From positions 1 through 64,000 of the forward strand of contig OMZG01000006.1 in the NCBI GenBank assembly GCA_900315505.1: a DNA stretch of 64,000 nt. The letters are read 5' to 3'. Position numbers and translations under genes: made by a program. The notes under the pieces are model-generated. The model saw nothing but the letters and a program-made list of their open reading frames with translations, was not told where the DNA came from and ran no database searches. Source of the stretch: an uncultured Lachnospiraceae bacterium (GTDB lineage: Bacteria > Bacillota > Clostridia > Lachnospirales > Lachnospiraceae). Shown one piece after another: positions 48,193 through 58,089 of the stretch; position 1 is the first letter of the stretch, and each line of letters begins with the position of its first letter.

Positions 48193-50514
48193 ATGGACAC
48201 AATCGTGGTAAAGACAAATGTGATCAAGCGTAACGGGCGTGAGGTCCGCTTCGACGAGCAGAAGATCATCAATGCGATCATGGCAGCAAATAAGGAGGTG
48301 GAGGGAATCCACCAGCTGAATCATGCACAGGTTCAGGCAGTAGCCGATGGCATCTCGAAGCAGGTGGCGCAGTCGCCGCATGCCGTCAATGTCGAGGATA
48401 TCCAGGATCTCGTCGAGAAGGGCATCATGGAGATGAGATGCTATGAGGTCGCGCAGAAGTACGTCAGATACAGATACAAGCGTGAGCTCTCCCGTAAGTC
48501 CAATACCACGGATAATGGAATCCTGGCCCTTATTGATCAGGTCAATGAGGAGGTAAAGCAGGAGAATTCCAACAAGAACCCGGTCATCAATTCCACACAG
48601 CGTGACTATATGGCTGGTGAGGTATCAAAGGATCTCACGAACCGTGTACTGCTTCCTGAAGAGATAGTCAGGGCACATAAAGAGGGAATCATTCATTTCC
48701 ATGATGCCGATTATTTTGCACAGAGAGAGCACAACTGCGATCTGATCAATCTTGAGGATATGCTTCAGAATGGCACGGTCATTTCGGAGACCATGATCGA
48801 GAAGCCGAAGAGCTTCTATACAGCCTGCAATATCACGACACAGATCGTGGCTCAGGTCGCATCGAATCAGTACGGCGGCCAGTCATTCTCACTGGCACAT
48901 CTGGCACCATTCGTAGATGTCTCCAGACAGAAGATCAGGAAGCAGGTCATCGAGGAGAGAAAAGAGGTCGGCGATGATCTCGATGAAGAAAAGGTCATGA
49001 AGATCGTAGACCACAGGCTTCAGTCGGAGATCGAGTCAGGTATCCAGACTATCCAGTATCAGCTGGTGACACTCATGACGACAAATGGGCAGACACCGTT
49101 TGTCACAATGTTTATCTATCTCGATGAGGTGCCGGAGGGACAGACAAGGGATGACCTCGCCCGTCTTGCGAAGGAGGTATTCAGACAGAGAATTCAGGGT
49201 ATCAAGAATGAAAAGGGAGTCTGGGTCACACCTGCATTCCCGAAGATCATCTACACGCTTGATGCGGATAATATCGAGGAAGGCACACCGTACTATGATC
49301 TGACGAAGCTCGCGGCAGAATGCACAGCCAAGAGGATGGTTCCTGATTATATCTCGGCGAAGGTCATGAGAGAGCTGAAGGGCGATGTATATACCTGCAT
49401 GGGCTGCCGTTCATTCCTCACGCCTGATAATGAAGACAACGCAGAGGGCCTCTGCAATGCTGGCAATAAGAGCGGAGCACTTGATTATAAAGAAGGCGAG
49501 CACAAGTATTACGGCCGTTTCAATCAGGGTGTCGTGACGATCAACCTCGTTGATGTGGCCTGCTCAGCAGTCAAGGAGTCCAATGAAAAGGGAACAGACA
49601 GATTTGATGAGTTCTGGAAGATATTCGATGACAGACTCGAGCTCTGTCACAGGGCACTTCAGTGCAGACACAACCGTCTGCTTGGCACATCATCTGATGT
49701 AGCTCCGATCCTCTGGCAGCATGGAGCCCTCGCCCGCCTGAAGAAGGGTGAGAAGATCGACAAGCTTCTCTTCGGCAATTATTCTACGATCAGCCTCGGA
49801 TACTGTGGTATTTCAGAGATGACATATGAGATGATGGGAGTGAGCCATACAGATCCTAAGGGCAAGGAATTCGCTCTGAAGGTTATGCAGCATCTCAATG
49901 ACAAGTGCGCCGAGTGGAGAAAGGCAGAGAAGATCAGCTATTCACTCTATGGCACTCCGATGGAGTCGACTACATATAAGTTTGCAAAGTGCCTGCAGAA
50001 GAGATTTGGTATCATCCCTCATGTGACAGACAAGAACTATATCACCAATAGCTATCATGTCCATGTGACAGAGGAGATAGATGCGTTCAAGAAGCTGAAG
50101 TTCGAGAGCGAGTTCCAGAAGCTCTCACCAGGCGGAGCAATCAGCTATGTCGAGGTACCGAATCTCCAGACCAATGTACCAGCAGTCCTTTCGATCATGA
50201 AGTACATTTATGAGAATATCATGTATGCAGAGCTCAATACCAAGAGTGACTACTGCGAGGTGTGCGGATATGACGGCGAGATCCGTATCGTAGAGGATGA
50301 TAATGGCAAGCTGGTATGGGAGTGCCCGAAGTGCGGCAACCGTGACCAGAACAAGATGAGCGTAGCCCGTCGTACCTGTGGCTACATTGGCACCCAGTTC
50401 TGGAACCAGGGCCGTACGCAGGAGATCCGTGACCGTGTCCTCCATCTCTCAATCCCAGAATTCGAAGGCACAGAAGAGATGAACGTCAACGCCTCAGTAA
50501 GATTTTTAATGTAA
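48193..50514 (+). CDS. nrdD: Anaerobic ribonucleoside-triphosphate reductase
   Basis: ATP-cone N-terminus, C-terminal Cys4 (CEVCG...CPKCG) and glycyl-radical motif RRTCGYIGT. RBS GAAGGA precedes the ATG at 48193. Confidence 0.9.
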   Translation: MDTIVVKTNVIKRNGREVRFDEQKIINAIMAANKEVEGIHQLNHAQVQAVADGISKQVAQSPHAVNVEDIQDLVEKGIMEMRCYEVAQKYVRYRYKRELSRKSNTTDNGILALIDQVNEEVKQENSNKNPVINSTQRDYMAGEVSKDLTNRVLLPEEIVRAHKEGIIHFHDADYFAQREHNCDLINLEDMLQNGTVISETMIEKPKSFYTACNITTQIVAQVASNQYGGQSFSLAHLAPFVDVSRQKIRKQVIEERKEVGDDLDEEKVMKIVDHRLQSEIESGIQTIQYQLVTLMTTNGQTPFVTMFIYLDEVPEGQTRDDLARLAKEVFRQRIQGIKNEKGVWVTPAFPKIIYTLDADNIEEGTPYYDLTKLAAECTAKRMVPDYISAKVMRELKGDVYTCMGCRSFLTPDNEDNAEGLCNAGNKSGALDYKEGEHKYYGRFNQGVVTINLVDVACSAVKESNEKGTDRFDEFWKIFDDRLELCHRALQCRHNRLLGTSSDVAPILWQHGALARLKKGEKIDKLLFGNYSTISLGYCGISEMTYEMMGVSHTDPKGKEFALKVMQHLNDKCAEWRKAEKISYSLYGTPMESTTYKFAKCLQKRFGIIPHVTDKNYITNSYHVHVTEEIDAFKKLKFESEFQKLSPGGAISYVEVPNLQTNVPAVLSIMKYIYENIMYAELNTKSDYCEVCGYDGEIRIVEDDNGKLVWECPKCGNRDQNKMSVARRTCGYIGTQFWNQGRTQEIRDRVLHLSIPEFEGTEEMNVNASVRFLM

Positions 50515-50542
50515 CAGAAAAAAATTTTTTTGAGAAAAGTAC

Positions 50543-50680
50543 AAAAACGTACAAAATAAGTCGTGTAAACTACTTTTCAAAAAAGCTGTTGTTTTCTTAA
50601 AAACGTACATTATTGTTCGTGTAAACTACTTTTATAGCTACATGGATAATGTACGAAAAACGTACATTATTTTTCTGAGA
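50543..50680. repeat. Roughly 40-nt direct repeats plus a palindrome at the island boundary
   Basis: AAAAACGTACA(A/T)..TCGTGTAAACTACTTTT occurs two to three times. TAATGTACG-AAAAA-CGTACATTA palindrome at ~50645-50668. Confidence 0.5.
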
Positions 50681-50705
50681 GTATTCTGAAAAAAGAACGA
50701 CCAAT

Positions 50706-50750
50706 CCCTAAACAGGATGGCCGTTCTTTTTATTTCGCGTATAATGATGA
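50706..50750. terminator. Bidirectional intrinsic terminator
   Basis: AAAAAAGAACGACC..GGCCGTTCTTTTT. Serves the end of the minus-strand operon. Confidence 0.5.
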
Positions 50751-50753
50751 GGG

Positions 50754-53699
50754 TCAATAATAATGCCTCAGCTTAAGTCGCCGTCCTTTACAGAATGGGC
50801 AAGGCTCTCTATGACGTTTCTGGAACATGATTCGTTTGGCAGGAGACATTGGATAATGATGCCCTTGAGAACACTCCCACCAAACTTTTTTATTATAATT
50901 CTCATTTATCTGATCAGGGTCAGCCAGCAAGGAATTGTTCAGATACAACCATTCATCCATAAGATCAGGATGTTTGATCTTAAATGAATTAAATCCCGGA
51001 AGCACCTGTCTGCCGGTGCAGTAAGGACAGTCAGCTTCGCCCGAAACCATGTCTTTGATAGAAGCACTATAGCTACCATGACAGGTAGGACATATCCATT
51101 GAACGTATCTTGGTGAGCTGGAAAGCACATCATCAGTGGATATATCGTTCTCATCAGACCACAAGGAAGCGATTTCAGGATATTTGACTTTAAGGCTGTT
51201 AAATCCCGGAAGTACCTTTCTGTCATTGCAGTAAGGACAGTCAGCTTCGCCCGAAACCATGTCTTTGATAGAAGCACCATAAGTACCATGACAGGTAGGA
51301 CAAACCCATTTAACGTACTTTGCGGAGTCAGGAAAAACATCATCAGCAGATATGTCATTTTCATCAGACCACCAAGAAGCGATATCAGGGTACCTGACTT
51401 TAAGACTGTTGAATCCGGGTAGCACCTGTCTGTCATTACAGTAAGGACATTCAGCCTTGCCAGAGACAATATCCTGAATAGTACTGCTATATTTACCGCC
51501 ACAATCGGGACAGATCCAATAAAATCTGGATGCAGCATTGTAAGATATCTTATCTGGTTCTTTATCATTATCGGGATACCACATTGAAAGATACTGAGGA
51601 TAAACATCAGCAAAACTTTCTCCGGGTTTTACCCTGATGAGGGCACAGTATGGGCAACCCGTACGACCTTTTTTTAGTGCTATTATGATGCGGGCAGTCG
51701 AGGTCTTGTATCTTTTTTTACAAGTAGGGCAGATCCATGTCATAGGTATATATGAATCGTCGTAAGTACGTATTGAAAAAATGGTTCTGCCACTGGCCTG
51801 TTCATCACACATATCAACTAGCTGGGGATACTCCTCCGCGTACGGTATATCACGACTATGACCACTGCTGCACTTTTGACAGTCTATAAAGATAAGATCA
51901 TTTTTGTCTTTACCATAACGAAAACGACTTGCTATTGTTCCCCGCCATCTGTTACCACATTTTTTACACTTATAATTTACAATCTTTGCAGAATGAACAC
52001 CCTCGGAATAGATGTCAATATCAGGATTGTTATCAAAATCGAATAATGATGAAAATTCGGGTTTTACTGTAAGGACGTCATTTACTCCTTTTACTATTAC
52101 ATTGCCGACTTCACAGCATGGACAGTTCCTTGAAATAAGACGACTCTTAGCCGTTGCCTCCCATTCACGTCCGCAAACAGGACATTTCCAGAAAAAAGTT
52201 TCTCTGCTTCCGGCTTGTATAACACGTGGATCAATTCCGGCATTTTTTTCAAAATCCCAGAATCTGAGTAAATCTGGTATGTCGTATACTGATGCGATAC
52301 TATTATTCTTTTTCTGTTTTACAGTTGAACCTTTATTTATTCCGCAGTTGGGACATCCTGCAAATGATTTCTTTGTTTTGCCTCCGGTCATGCCAAAAAA
52401 CGTACTTTGCCACGCATATCCGCAGTGGGGACATTTCCAGTCGAACAGTGGAATCTTGGAGTTATAAGAAACTGAGTATGGATCCAGGCCGGTATTCTTA
52501 TCAAAATCATAATATTTTTTTGCCTGTGGGAATATGGTGAAAATATCATTGACACCTTTTTTTACGGAATAGTCTCTTTTTTCACCGCAATGAGGGCATC
52601 GGTCTGATGCATCAAGACGCACTGCTACACTTGTTTCCCATTCGTATCCACAGTCGGGACATTTCCAGTATACCCTTTTGCTAGAATTGGATGGGGTTTT
52701 TGCCGGATCCATTGTATTATGTTCTTTATCCCAGAATTTCATGAGCTTTGGCACTTCAGAAACCTTTTCCTTGTCTTCCGGCTTTATCTTTGAGGTATCC
52801 TTATGCTGACAGGGCATAAAGCGATATGTTCCGTCTTTTTTCTTATCAACACGTCTGCTCATTGCTTTACGGAATTTGCGACCGCACACGGGGCATTTCC
52901 AATTAACGACAGTTTTGGAGCCAACACCGATTTTCTTTATATCTATCCCTTCCGAAGCATTAGCGTCAAAGTCCCACTCGTTAAGTGCATCTGGCAGTAT
53001 GGTAGATATGTCATTGTATCCTGGTGATACACCATGTCCCTGATCACAGCATGGGCATTCTGCCTTTGCCTTGTATCTGCTATATACTGGTGCAGTCCAT
53101 TTAAAATGACATCTTTTACATTTCCAATGAACCGAAGGACGTTTCATCATGACAGATGTTGTATTGATATCTATCCCTTTATTTTCGTCGAAATCCCAGA
53201 AATCGACAAGTTTTTCTACTTCTGATATCATAGGGATATCTTGTCTTTTATGAGTACAGGAAACGAACAGATATGTTCCGTCCTTTTGCTTACGAATTCT
53301 ATTTCCAATCGCCATCCGAAACTCACGATGACAGACAGGACACTTCCAGTATGCCATCTTCTTGGAGCCTACGCCTTCATTCTCCAGGTGGATGTCTTCA
53401 ACGTCATTCTTTTCTTTGTCCCATTCATCCATAATGCCAGGTACAAGCGTAACTGCATCATTATGTCCTGACCATATGACTTTTTTCTGTTCGCAGCGGG
53501 GACACTCACCCTTTGAGATATAACGGTTATAAACCGACGCTTTCCACTCATACCCACATCTCTTACATTTCCAGGAGAGGAGTGGTTTCTGTGCAAGGGC
53601 TGATGTCATATTTATATCGATTCCTTTATTTTTCTCAAAGTTCCAGAATTTTGTAATCTTTGGAACCGATGATGCCGGAATGAATTCTTTCACTTTCAT
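50754..53699 (-). CDS. 981-aa protein of about 13 tandem four-Cys zinc-ribbon modules (DUF4379-like)
   Basis: Each module reads W(K/I)CxxC(G/H)..W...(11-14 aa)..CPxC, then a linker V.xGxND..T..P....EWD...N. The C-terminal three modules are almost identical at the DNA level. Confidence 0.7.
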   Translation of the reverse strand: MKVKEFIPASSVPKITKFWNFEKNKGIDINMTSALAQKPLLSWKCKRCGYEWKASVYNRYISKGECPRCEQKKVIWSGHNDAVTLVPGIMDEWDKEKNDVEDIHLENEGVGSKKMAYWKCPVCHREFRMAIGNRIRKQKDGTYLFVSCTHKRQDIPMISEVEKLVDFWDFDENKGIDINTTSVMMKRPSVHWKCKRCHFKWTAPVYSRYKAKAECPCCDQGHGVSPGYNDISTILPDALNEWDFDANASEGIDIKKIGVGSKTVVNWKCPVCGRKFRKAMSRRVDKKKDGTYRFMPCQHKDTSKIKPEDKEKVSEVPKLMKFWDKEHNTMDPAKTPSNSSKRVYWKCPDCGYEWETSVAVRLDASDRCPHCGEKRDYSVKKGVNDIFTIFPQAKKYYDFDKNTGLDPYSVSYNSKIPLFDWKCPHCGYAWQSTFFGMTGGKTKKSFAGCPNCGINKGSTVKQKKNNSIASVYDIPDLLRFWDFEKNAGIDPRVIQAGSRETFFWKCPVCGREWEATAKSRLISRNCPCCEVGNVIVKGVNDVLTVKPEFSSLFDFDNNPDIDIYSEGVHSAKIVNYKCKKCGNRWRGTIASRFRYGKDKNDLIFIDCQKCSSGHSRDIPYAEEYPQLVDMCDEQASGRTIFSIRTYDDSYIPMTWICPTCKKRYKTSTARIIIALKKGRTGCPYCALIRVKPGESFADVYPQYLSMWYPDNDKEPDKISYNAASRFYWICPDCGGKYSSTIQDIVSGKAECPYCNDRQVLPGFNSLKVRYPDIASWWSDENDISADDVFPDSAKYVKWVCPTCHGTYGASIKDMVSGEADCPYCNDRKVLPGFNSLKVKYPEIASLWSDENDISTDDVLSSSPRYVQWICPTCHGSYSASIKDMVSGEADCPYCTGRQVLPGFNSFKIKHPDLMDEWLYLNNSLLADPDQINENYNKKVWWECSQGHHYPMSPAKRIMFQKRHREPCPFCKGRRLKLRHYY

Positions 53700-53708
53700 A
53701 TATTACCC

Positions 53709-54464
53709 TCACTCGAATTTATCGAACAATCCCTTTACTACGTTGCTTTCGATTCCTGAAGAATCGTTTGCTGTTTCATCTTCCGTCTGAGAAGTGTCTG
53801 TACTATCATCAGACGTATCTATATCAGTATCAGGTCTTATGGCCCTGGCTTCGGCTTTTTCTGCATCAATATGTGTGGACACCGTACCTTTGAGCTCACC
53901 GTCTTCCTTTAACAGCTCATTAGCCATCTCTGGATATACATTATCTTCTATGAACTTTTTCATGTACTTATTCTTTTTACGGAGTTCGGTCAACTCTGTC
54001 TTTTGTTCTACATATTTCTGCCTGAGCTCAACGTTATCCTTTTTTATCTTATCCAGCTCGGAACTCATTTTATCGTGCTCTTCAACGAGTCTGCGGTTTT
54101 CCTGCTTTATCGTAATAGCTGACTCAGAAATATTTCTGTAATGGGTATCCAGTTCCGTCAGCGATCTTCTCATTGCATCACGGGACTGGTTGTTGTCGAT
54201 AAAGGCATCCACATCGAGCGTGGTATATGTTGTGATGTTTACCGATGCTTTTTCAATATTCCCCTTCAAAGAGGAGATATAACTCCTTGCGGCCGTATTT
54301 CTGCGAAGGGTTGTAACGGAATATCCTGTGAATCCGTTATCACTTACATACTGGGCAATCTGCGGAAACCTCAGCAGAGAGCCGTTTCCATGACACACGT
54401 CGTTATAATATTTTTTTATAAGATCAAGAAGGACGTCATCCTCGATCTGCTTTTTCCTTGCCAT
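53709..54464 (-). CDS. Coiled-coil protein with acidic Ser/Thr/Asp-rich tail
   Basis: 251 aa. Central heptad region ELDKIKKDNVELRQKYVEQKTELTELRKK. 9 nt upstream of the zinc-ribbon gene. Confidence 0.5.
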   Translation of the reverse strand: MARKKQIEDDVLLDLIKKYYNDVCHGNGSLLRFPQIAQYVSDNGFTGYSVTTLRRNTAARSYISSLKGNIEKASVNITTYTTLDVDAFIDNNQSRDAMRRSLTELDTHYRNISESAITIKQENRRLVEEHDKMSSELDKIKKDNVELRQKYVEQKTELTELRKKNKYMKKFIEDNVYPEMANELLKEDGELKGTVSTHIDAEKAEARAIRPDTDIDTSDDSTDTSQTEDETANDSSGIESNVVKGLFDKFE

Positions 54465-54502
54465 ATACCGCTCCTTTCATGACTCTCATAAGTCCCTGTC
54501 TC

Positions 54503-56179
54503 TTAACTTTCCTGTGTCTTTTTCCTGTCATACATTTTTTTCTGCATGAGATAATTTCTGTAAGACGTGGAACTTTCCTGGACTTTTAACATTGCTTCTC
54601 CTATGTCTTCAACAGCACCTTTGTCGTGCCTTACTCTGTCTACGGCTTCTACAAGAGCCGTACAGTCGTCTTTAAGATCTCTTCTGTATATATCATCACC
54701 CTCGAAGAAGGAGATTGACGGTCCTCTGTAGAACCGGCATGAAAGGCAGTAACCGATTTCACCGTTCTCGCCACATGCTTTACGGCAATCCGTTATACTG
54801 CCGCTCATATATGCACTGGAATAGCATGTGCCACCATCTGCAAGTGAAACGTGCTTTTCAGCGGGAGGAAGAAGACCCTGTACAGAGATCTGATACTTTT
54901 TATCGCTGCCTATGTATTTCCTGTATTCCCTGTATGTCTGACATTCTATCATGGTTTCAAGGTTACTGTAATAATGGGCTGCCATTTCTTCATTGGTATG
55001 CCCTGCAAGGAACATTGCCGTGGCCGGAGTGCCGCCTTCCTGCATGAGATTGATAAGTGCGACATGCCTTGCATCTCCGAGACGTATCCTCTGTATCTCC
55101 TTATCTTCCAGATGTCTTGTCTCCTCGTCTGAAATGATGCGGTATCCGTATATTCCACAAATAACCTCTGAATAAAAATATCTGAGTATCGTGACCATGT
55201 TCACATATGTGAGAAAACGGCTGTTGCTGTGTTTGCCCTGCTTCCATTTTCTGTAGTGCGGATCAGTGACAAAAAGCGTATCTATATCAGTGCTGTCATA
55301 TTTATCCGTTGCTTTCAGATATCCGTTGATCTCTTCATAAAGTTTGTCCGGTATACGAAAAGTAGTAGTAAAATAATCCGCGCTGATCTTATAGGACTTT
55401 TCACGCTTGCTGCCTTTAAGCCTGTTCCTGCGAAGCGTTATATAATGCTTTCCCTTCGCATCAGTTGAGAGACAGTCCCTTGTTGTGAGAAGGAATTCCC
55501 TCGGTCGTAGAGGTATACATCCTGTCAGGTTCCACCAGATATAAAGGGGCAGGTAGAACAGTCTGTCCTCGGTATTGAGATCATGACTCCAGTAATCGTT
55601 TATGATGTCATTAAATACAGCGTATGTATCGAAAGCTGCAAGAGATCGTGAACGCGGGCCTTTTTGCTTTGCAATCCTGGTCTCCGAACAGATATCGAGC
55701 ATATCCATAATGTCATTTGTAAAATCACCTGATGTATCAGGAAGCATGGAGAAAAAGTCTGAACACTGGGCAGGTCGTGTGAGTGTATAGCCTGCCTCTT
55801 CTGTGCCTATAGCCACCGGATCGTTGGCTGTTATATGCCTGAGATCGAGTATAACATTTTCCATTGATACAAGGGCTGTCTTACTGAAGAGCGTTGTAAT
55901 ATATGATTTAACCCTTGAAACGAATTCATCGAAGGACAGATTCAGTCCCTTGGCATAGTATTCATCATACTTTTCTCTGTCAAACGAGAAATGAAGTCCG
56001 ACATTTGAATACTCATCTGTTGTGTACCATACATCATCCTCAAATGATGAGCCTTCTTTTATGACACCGGCATCCCTGAACGCGTCAAAACGCTCCCTGG
56101 CAGCCGATACTGAAGTCTGATCAAGAAGTATGAAGTTAAGTGATGAGGAGAAAAGCTCCTCTGCCGTGGAAACATTCAT
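54503..56179 (-). CDS. Tyrosine recombinase, third of trio, with C-terminal Cys-rich extension
   Basis: Catalytic residues in order: LRPREF (R), ARHVALINLM (RH), AGHTNEEMAAHYY (H..Y). Extra Cys-rich segment CxxxxC...CxxC after the catalytic domain. Confidence 0.65.
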   Translation of the reverse strand: MNVSTAEELFSSSLNFILLDQTSVSAARERFDAFRDAGVIKEGSSFEDDVWYTTDEYSNVGLHFSFDREKYDEYYAKGLNLSFDEFVSRVKSYITTLFSKTALVSMENVILDLRHITANDPVAIGTEEAGYTLTRPAQCSDFFSMLPDTSGDFTNDIMDMLDICSETRIAKQKGPRSRSLAAFDTYAVFNDIINDYWSHDLNTEDRLFYLPLYIWWNLTGCIPLRPREFLLTTRDCLSTDAKGKHYITLRRNRLKGSKREKSYKISADYFTTTFRIPDKLYEEINGYLKATDKYDSTDIDTLFVTDPHYRKWKQGKHSNSRFLTYVNMVTILRYFYSEVICGIYGYRIISDEETRHLEDKEIQRIRLGDARHVALINLMQEGGTPATAMFLAGHTNEEMAAHYYSNLETMIECQTYREYRKYIGSDKKYQISVQGLLPPAEKHVSLADGGTCYSSAYMSGSITDCRKACGENGEIGYCLSCRFYRGPSISFFEGDDIYRRDLKDDCTALVEAVDRVRHDKGAVEDIGEAMLKVQESSTSYRNYLMQKKMYDRKKTQES

Positions 56180-58089
56180 GCGACCGCCTCCTTCAGATAA
56201 TTTTCGTACTGTTCATATGTCTTTTCACCATACTGATCCTTTATGCAGGTGAGCATCTCATCCAGTTTCGGGAGAAGTATTTCCTTTGCAATGCTACCGT
56301 ATTTCTGTTTTTCAAGCGGTGATGTGGCAGCATTATACAGCTTCTGTATGCGCTTTATTTCTGATATGACGAGAAGAAACGTCGATTTTGTGCTTATTTC
56401 ATACGGACACCCCACGCACTGCCTGCTGTCAGTGTACGGACAGATCTTTCCTATTGCTGATTTAAGGCATAGTGATTCTGCCTCTTTCGAGAAGGCCTGT
56501 CCTGAGCCTATGCGGTGCAGAGCTGTAAGTATATCGGTGTCGGAACCTGAGGCCTCTCTGACGGCCAGCACGGCTCTCTGGCGGCCTTCTTCTACAAGAG
56601 AGACGACCTCATCTGTTTCTTTCGGGGAAAGATTCAGAAGATGGTGGGCCTCCGTCTGCTCTTCAACGCTTAATGTTTTATAATCTTTCCCCTCGATCAT
56701 TTCAAGGAGCATCGACGAGACAAATGAACATACACCTCTTTCCAACAGCTCATAGGCAACGAAGTCGGGTGTAAGACCATCGAATTTTGCATCTTTCAGA
56801 TATTCCATTGTCGTATTTGCAAACTCTCCGAAACTTCCTTTGTGTGAACGGGCGAGAGAAGCAAATATATATCCTTTCACGCTTGCGGCATTGGCATCAA
56901 CGTCCCCGTCTTCCCGCAGTATCTCATCAGCGTGCATATATATGGACTGAAGATATGATTTTGTGGCGGATCTGGATCTGAAATCAGATTCAAGAAACAG
57001 GTTTCCGATATCCTCTCCCATGTATCTGGTTATCTGTTCATATGTCGAGATCTTTCTTATAATAGGAGCGTCAGGGTTGCCATCAATCTGTCTGTGGGCT
57101 TCTGCAAGGGCAAATAATATCCCGAAATGTGTCTCACATGAGTGCGGCACTGTAAATTTTACATATTCGTCATGTCCCCGTCCTGATGTCTTGTTTACCG
57201 TAAGAGGTAAAAGGCATAGCCTCTGTGTGATGGAACGCAGAACACTCTGTGCGTCGTCGTCCGTAAACTCTCCGTTGCGTACTTTCCGCAATACTTCATC
57301 CGGTGGATATGGAAGATCGGGATGATATATCCGTTCAAGATCGGTCAGCCGCAGGGAGCAGATGAAGTTGATCGACAGATAAAGCCATGTATCCGTATAG
57401 TCTGTTGAATCAGCAGCTTTTGCATACATGTCGTTTTCTTCGATATAGTCCTCATTCAGCAGATAGTAGAGCAGTTCCAGATATTCATCCATTTCATAGG
57501 CTTCGTTCTGGATATCCATAGTGTATCGGTTTCCCATGACATAATCACGATTGTAATTTGTCTTCGTTCTCTGCCTGAGCCAGGAGATAAAGAAAGTGAG
57601 ATCATCTCCGAATGCCTTTGTGAGTTCATCCGCTGCTGCTTTCACAATGCTTTCCATATCAGTATCTGTATAGAACATCATCTCCCTGTCAAGATGGTAC
57701 AGGAGAAAATCGGTGATATACATTACCGATTCATCAGGAAGCTCTACGGCCTTTGCAAATTCTTCAAGATAGCGGGCAGTAGAGGGAAAACGTACAGACA
57801 GATCTCCTGAAAGAGTATCTTCGCTGAAATCCGATGATAAAAATGATGACAGATTATCCTTCAGCAGTTCTGCATCATCTTCGGATAAGGTAAAACCGCC
57901 ATCTGCATTACCGTCTTTTACCGGCTTTATCCCAAACCATCCGTTGCTTTCAAGAAAGAGCACGGTATCGTCCATTGATTTGTTATATGGATTGCTGCCG
58001 TTTAATGCCTCCGTTACGATCTTATTAAGGCTTTCCATCACCATGCCCCCTTTCGGCTGCCCACATATGATAGTCGAACAGCTCATCAT
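56176..58089 (-). CDS. Putative divergent tyrosine recombinase (Tn554 TnpB-like size), second of trio
   Basis: 637 aa. Overlaps neighbours by 4 nt and 65 nt. Candidate box-I SLRLTDLE and ARSHKGS..EY. The assignment is weak. Confidence 0.4.
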   Translation of the reverse strand: MMSCSTIICGQPKGGMVMESLNKIVTEALNGSNPYNKSMDDTVLFLESNGWFGIKPVKDGNADGGFTLSEDDAELLKDNLSSFLSSDFSEDTLSGDLSVRFPSTARYLEEFAKAVELPDESVMYITDFLLYHLDREMMFYTDTDMESIVKAAADELTKAFGDDLTFFISWLRQRTKTNYNRDYVMGNRYTMDIQNEAYEMDEYLELLYYLLNEDYIEENDMYAKAADSTDYTDTWLYLSINFICSLRLTDLERIYHPDLPYPPDEVLRKVRNGEFTDDDAQSVLRSITQRLCLLPLTVNKTSGRGHDEYVKFTVPHSCETHFGILFALAEAHRQIDGNPDAPIIRKISTYEQITRYMGEDIGNLFLESDFRSRSATKSYLQSIYMHADEILREDGDVDANAASVKGYIFASLARSHKGSFGEFANTTMEYLKDAKFDGLTPDFVAYELLERGVCSFVSSMLLEMIEGKDYKTLSVEEQTEAHHLLNLSPKETDEVVSLVEEGRQRAVLAVREASGSDTDILTALHRIGSGQAFSKEAESLCLKSAIGKICPYTDSRQCVGCPYEISTKSTFLLVISEIKRIQKLYNAATSPLEKQKYGSIAKEILLPKLDEMLTCIKDQYGEKTYEQYENYLKEAVA

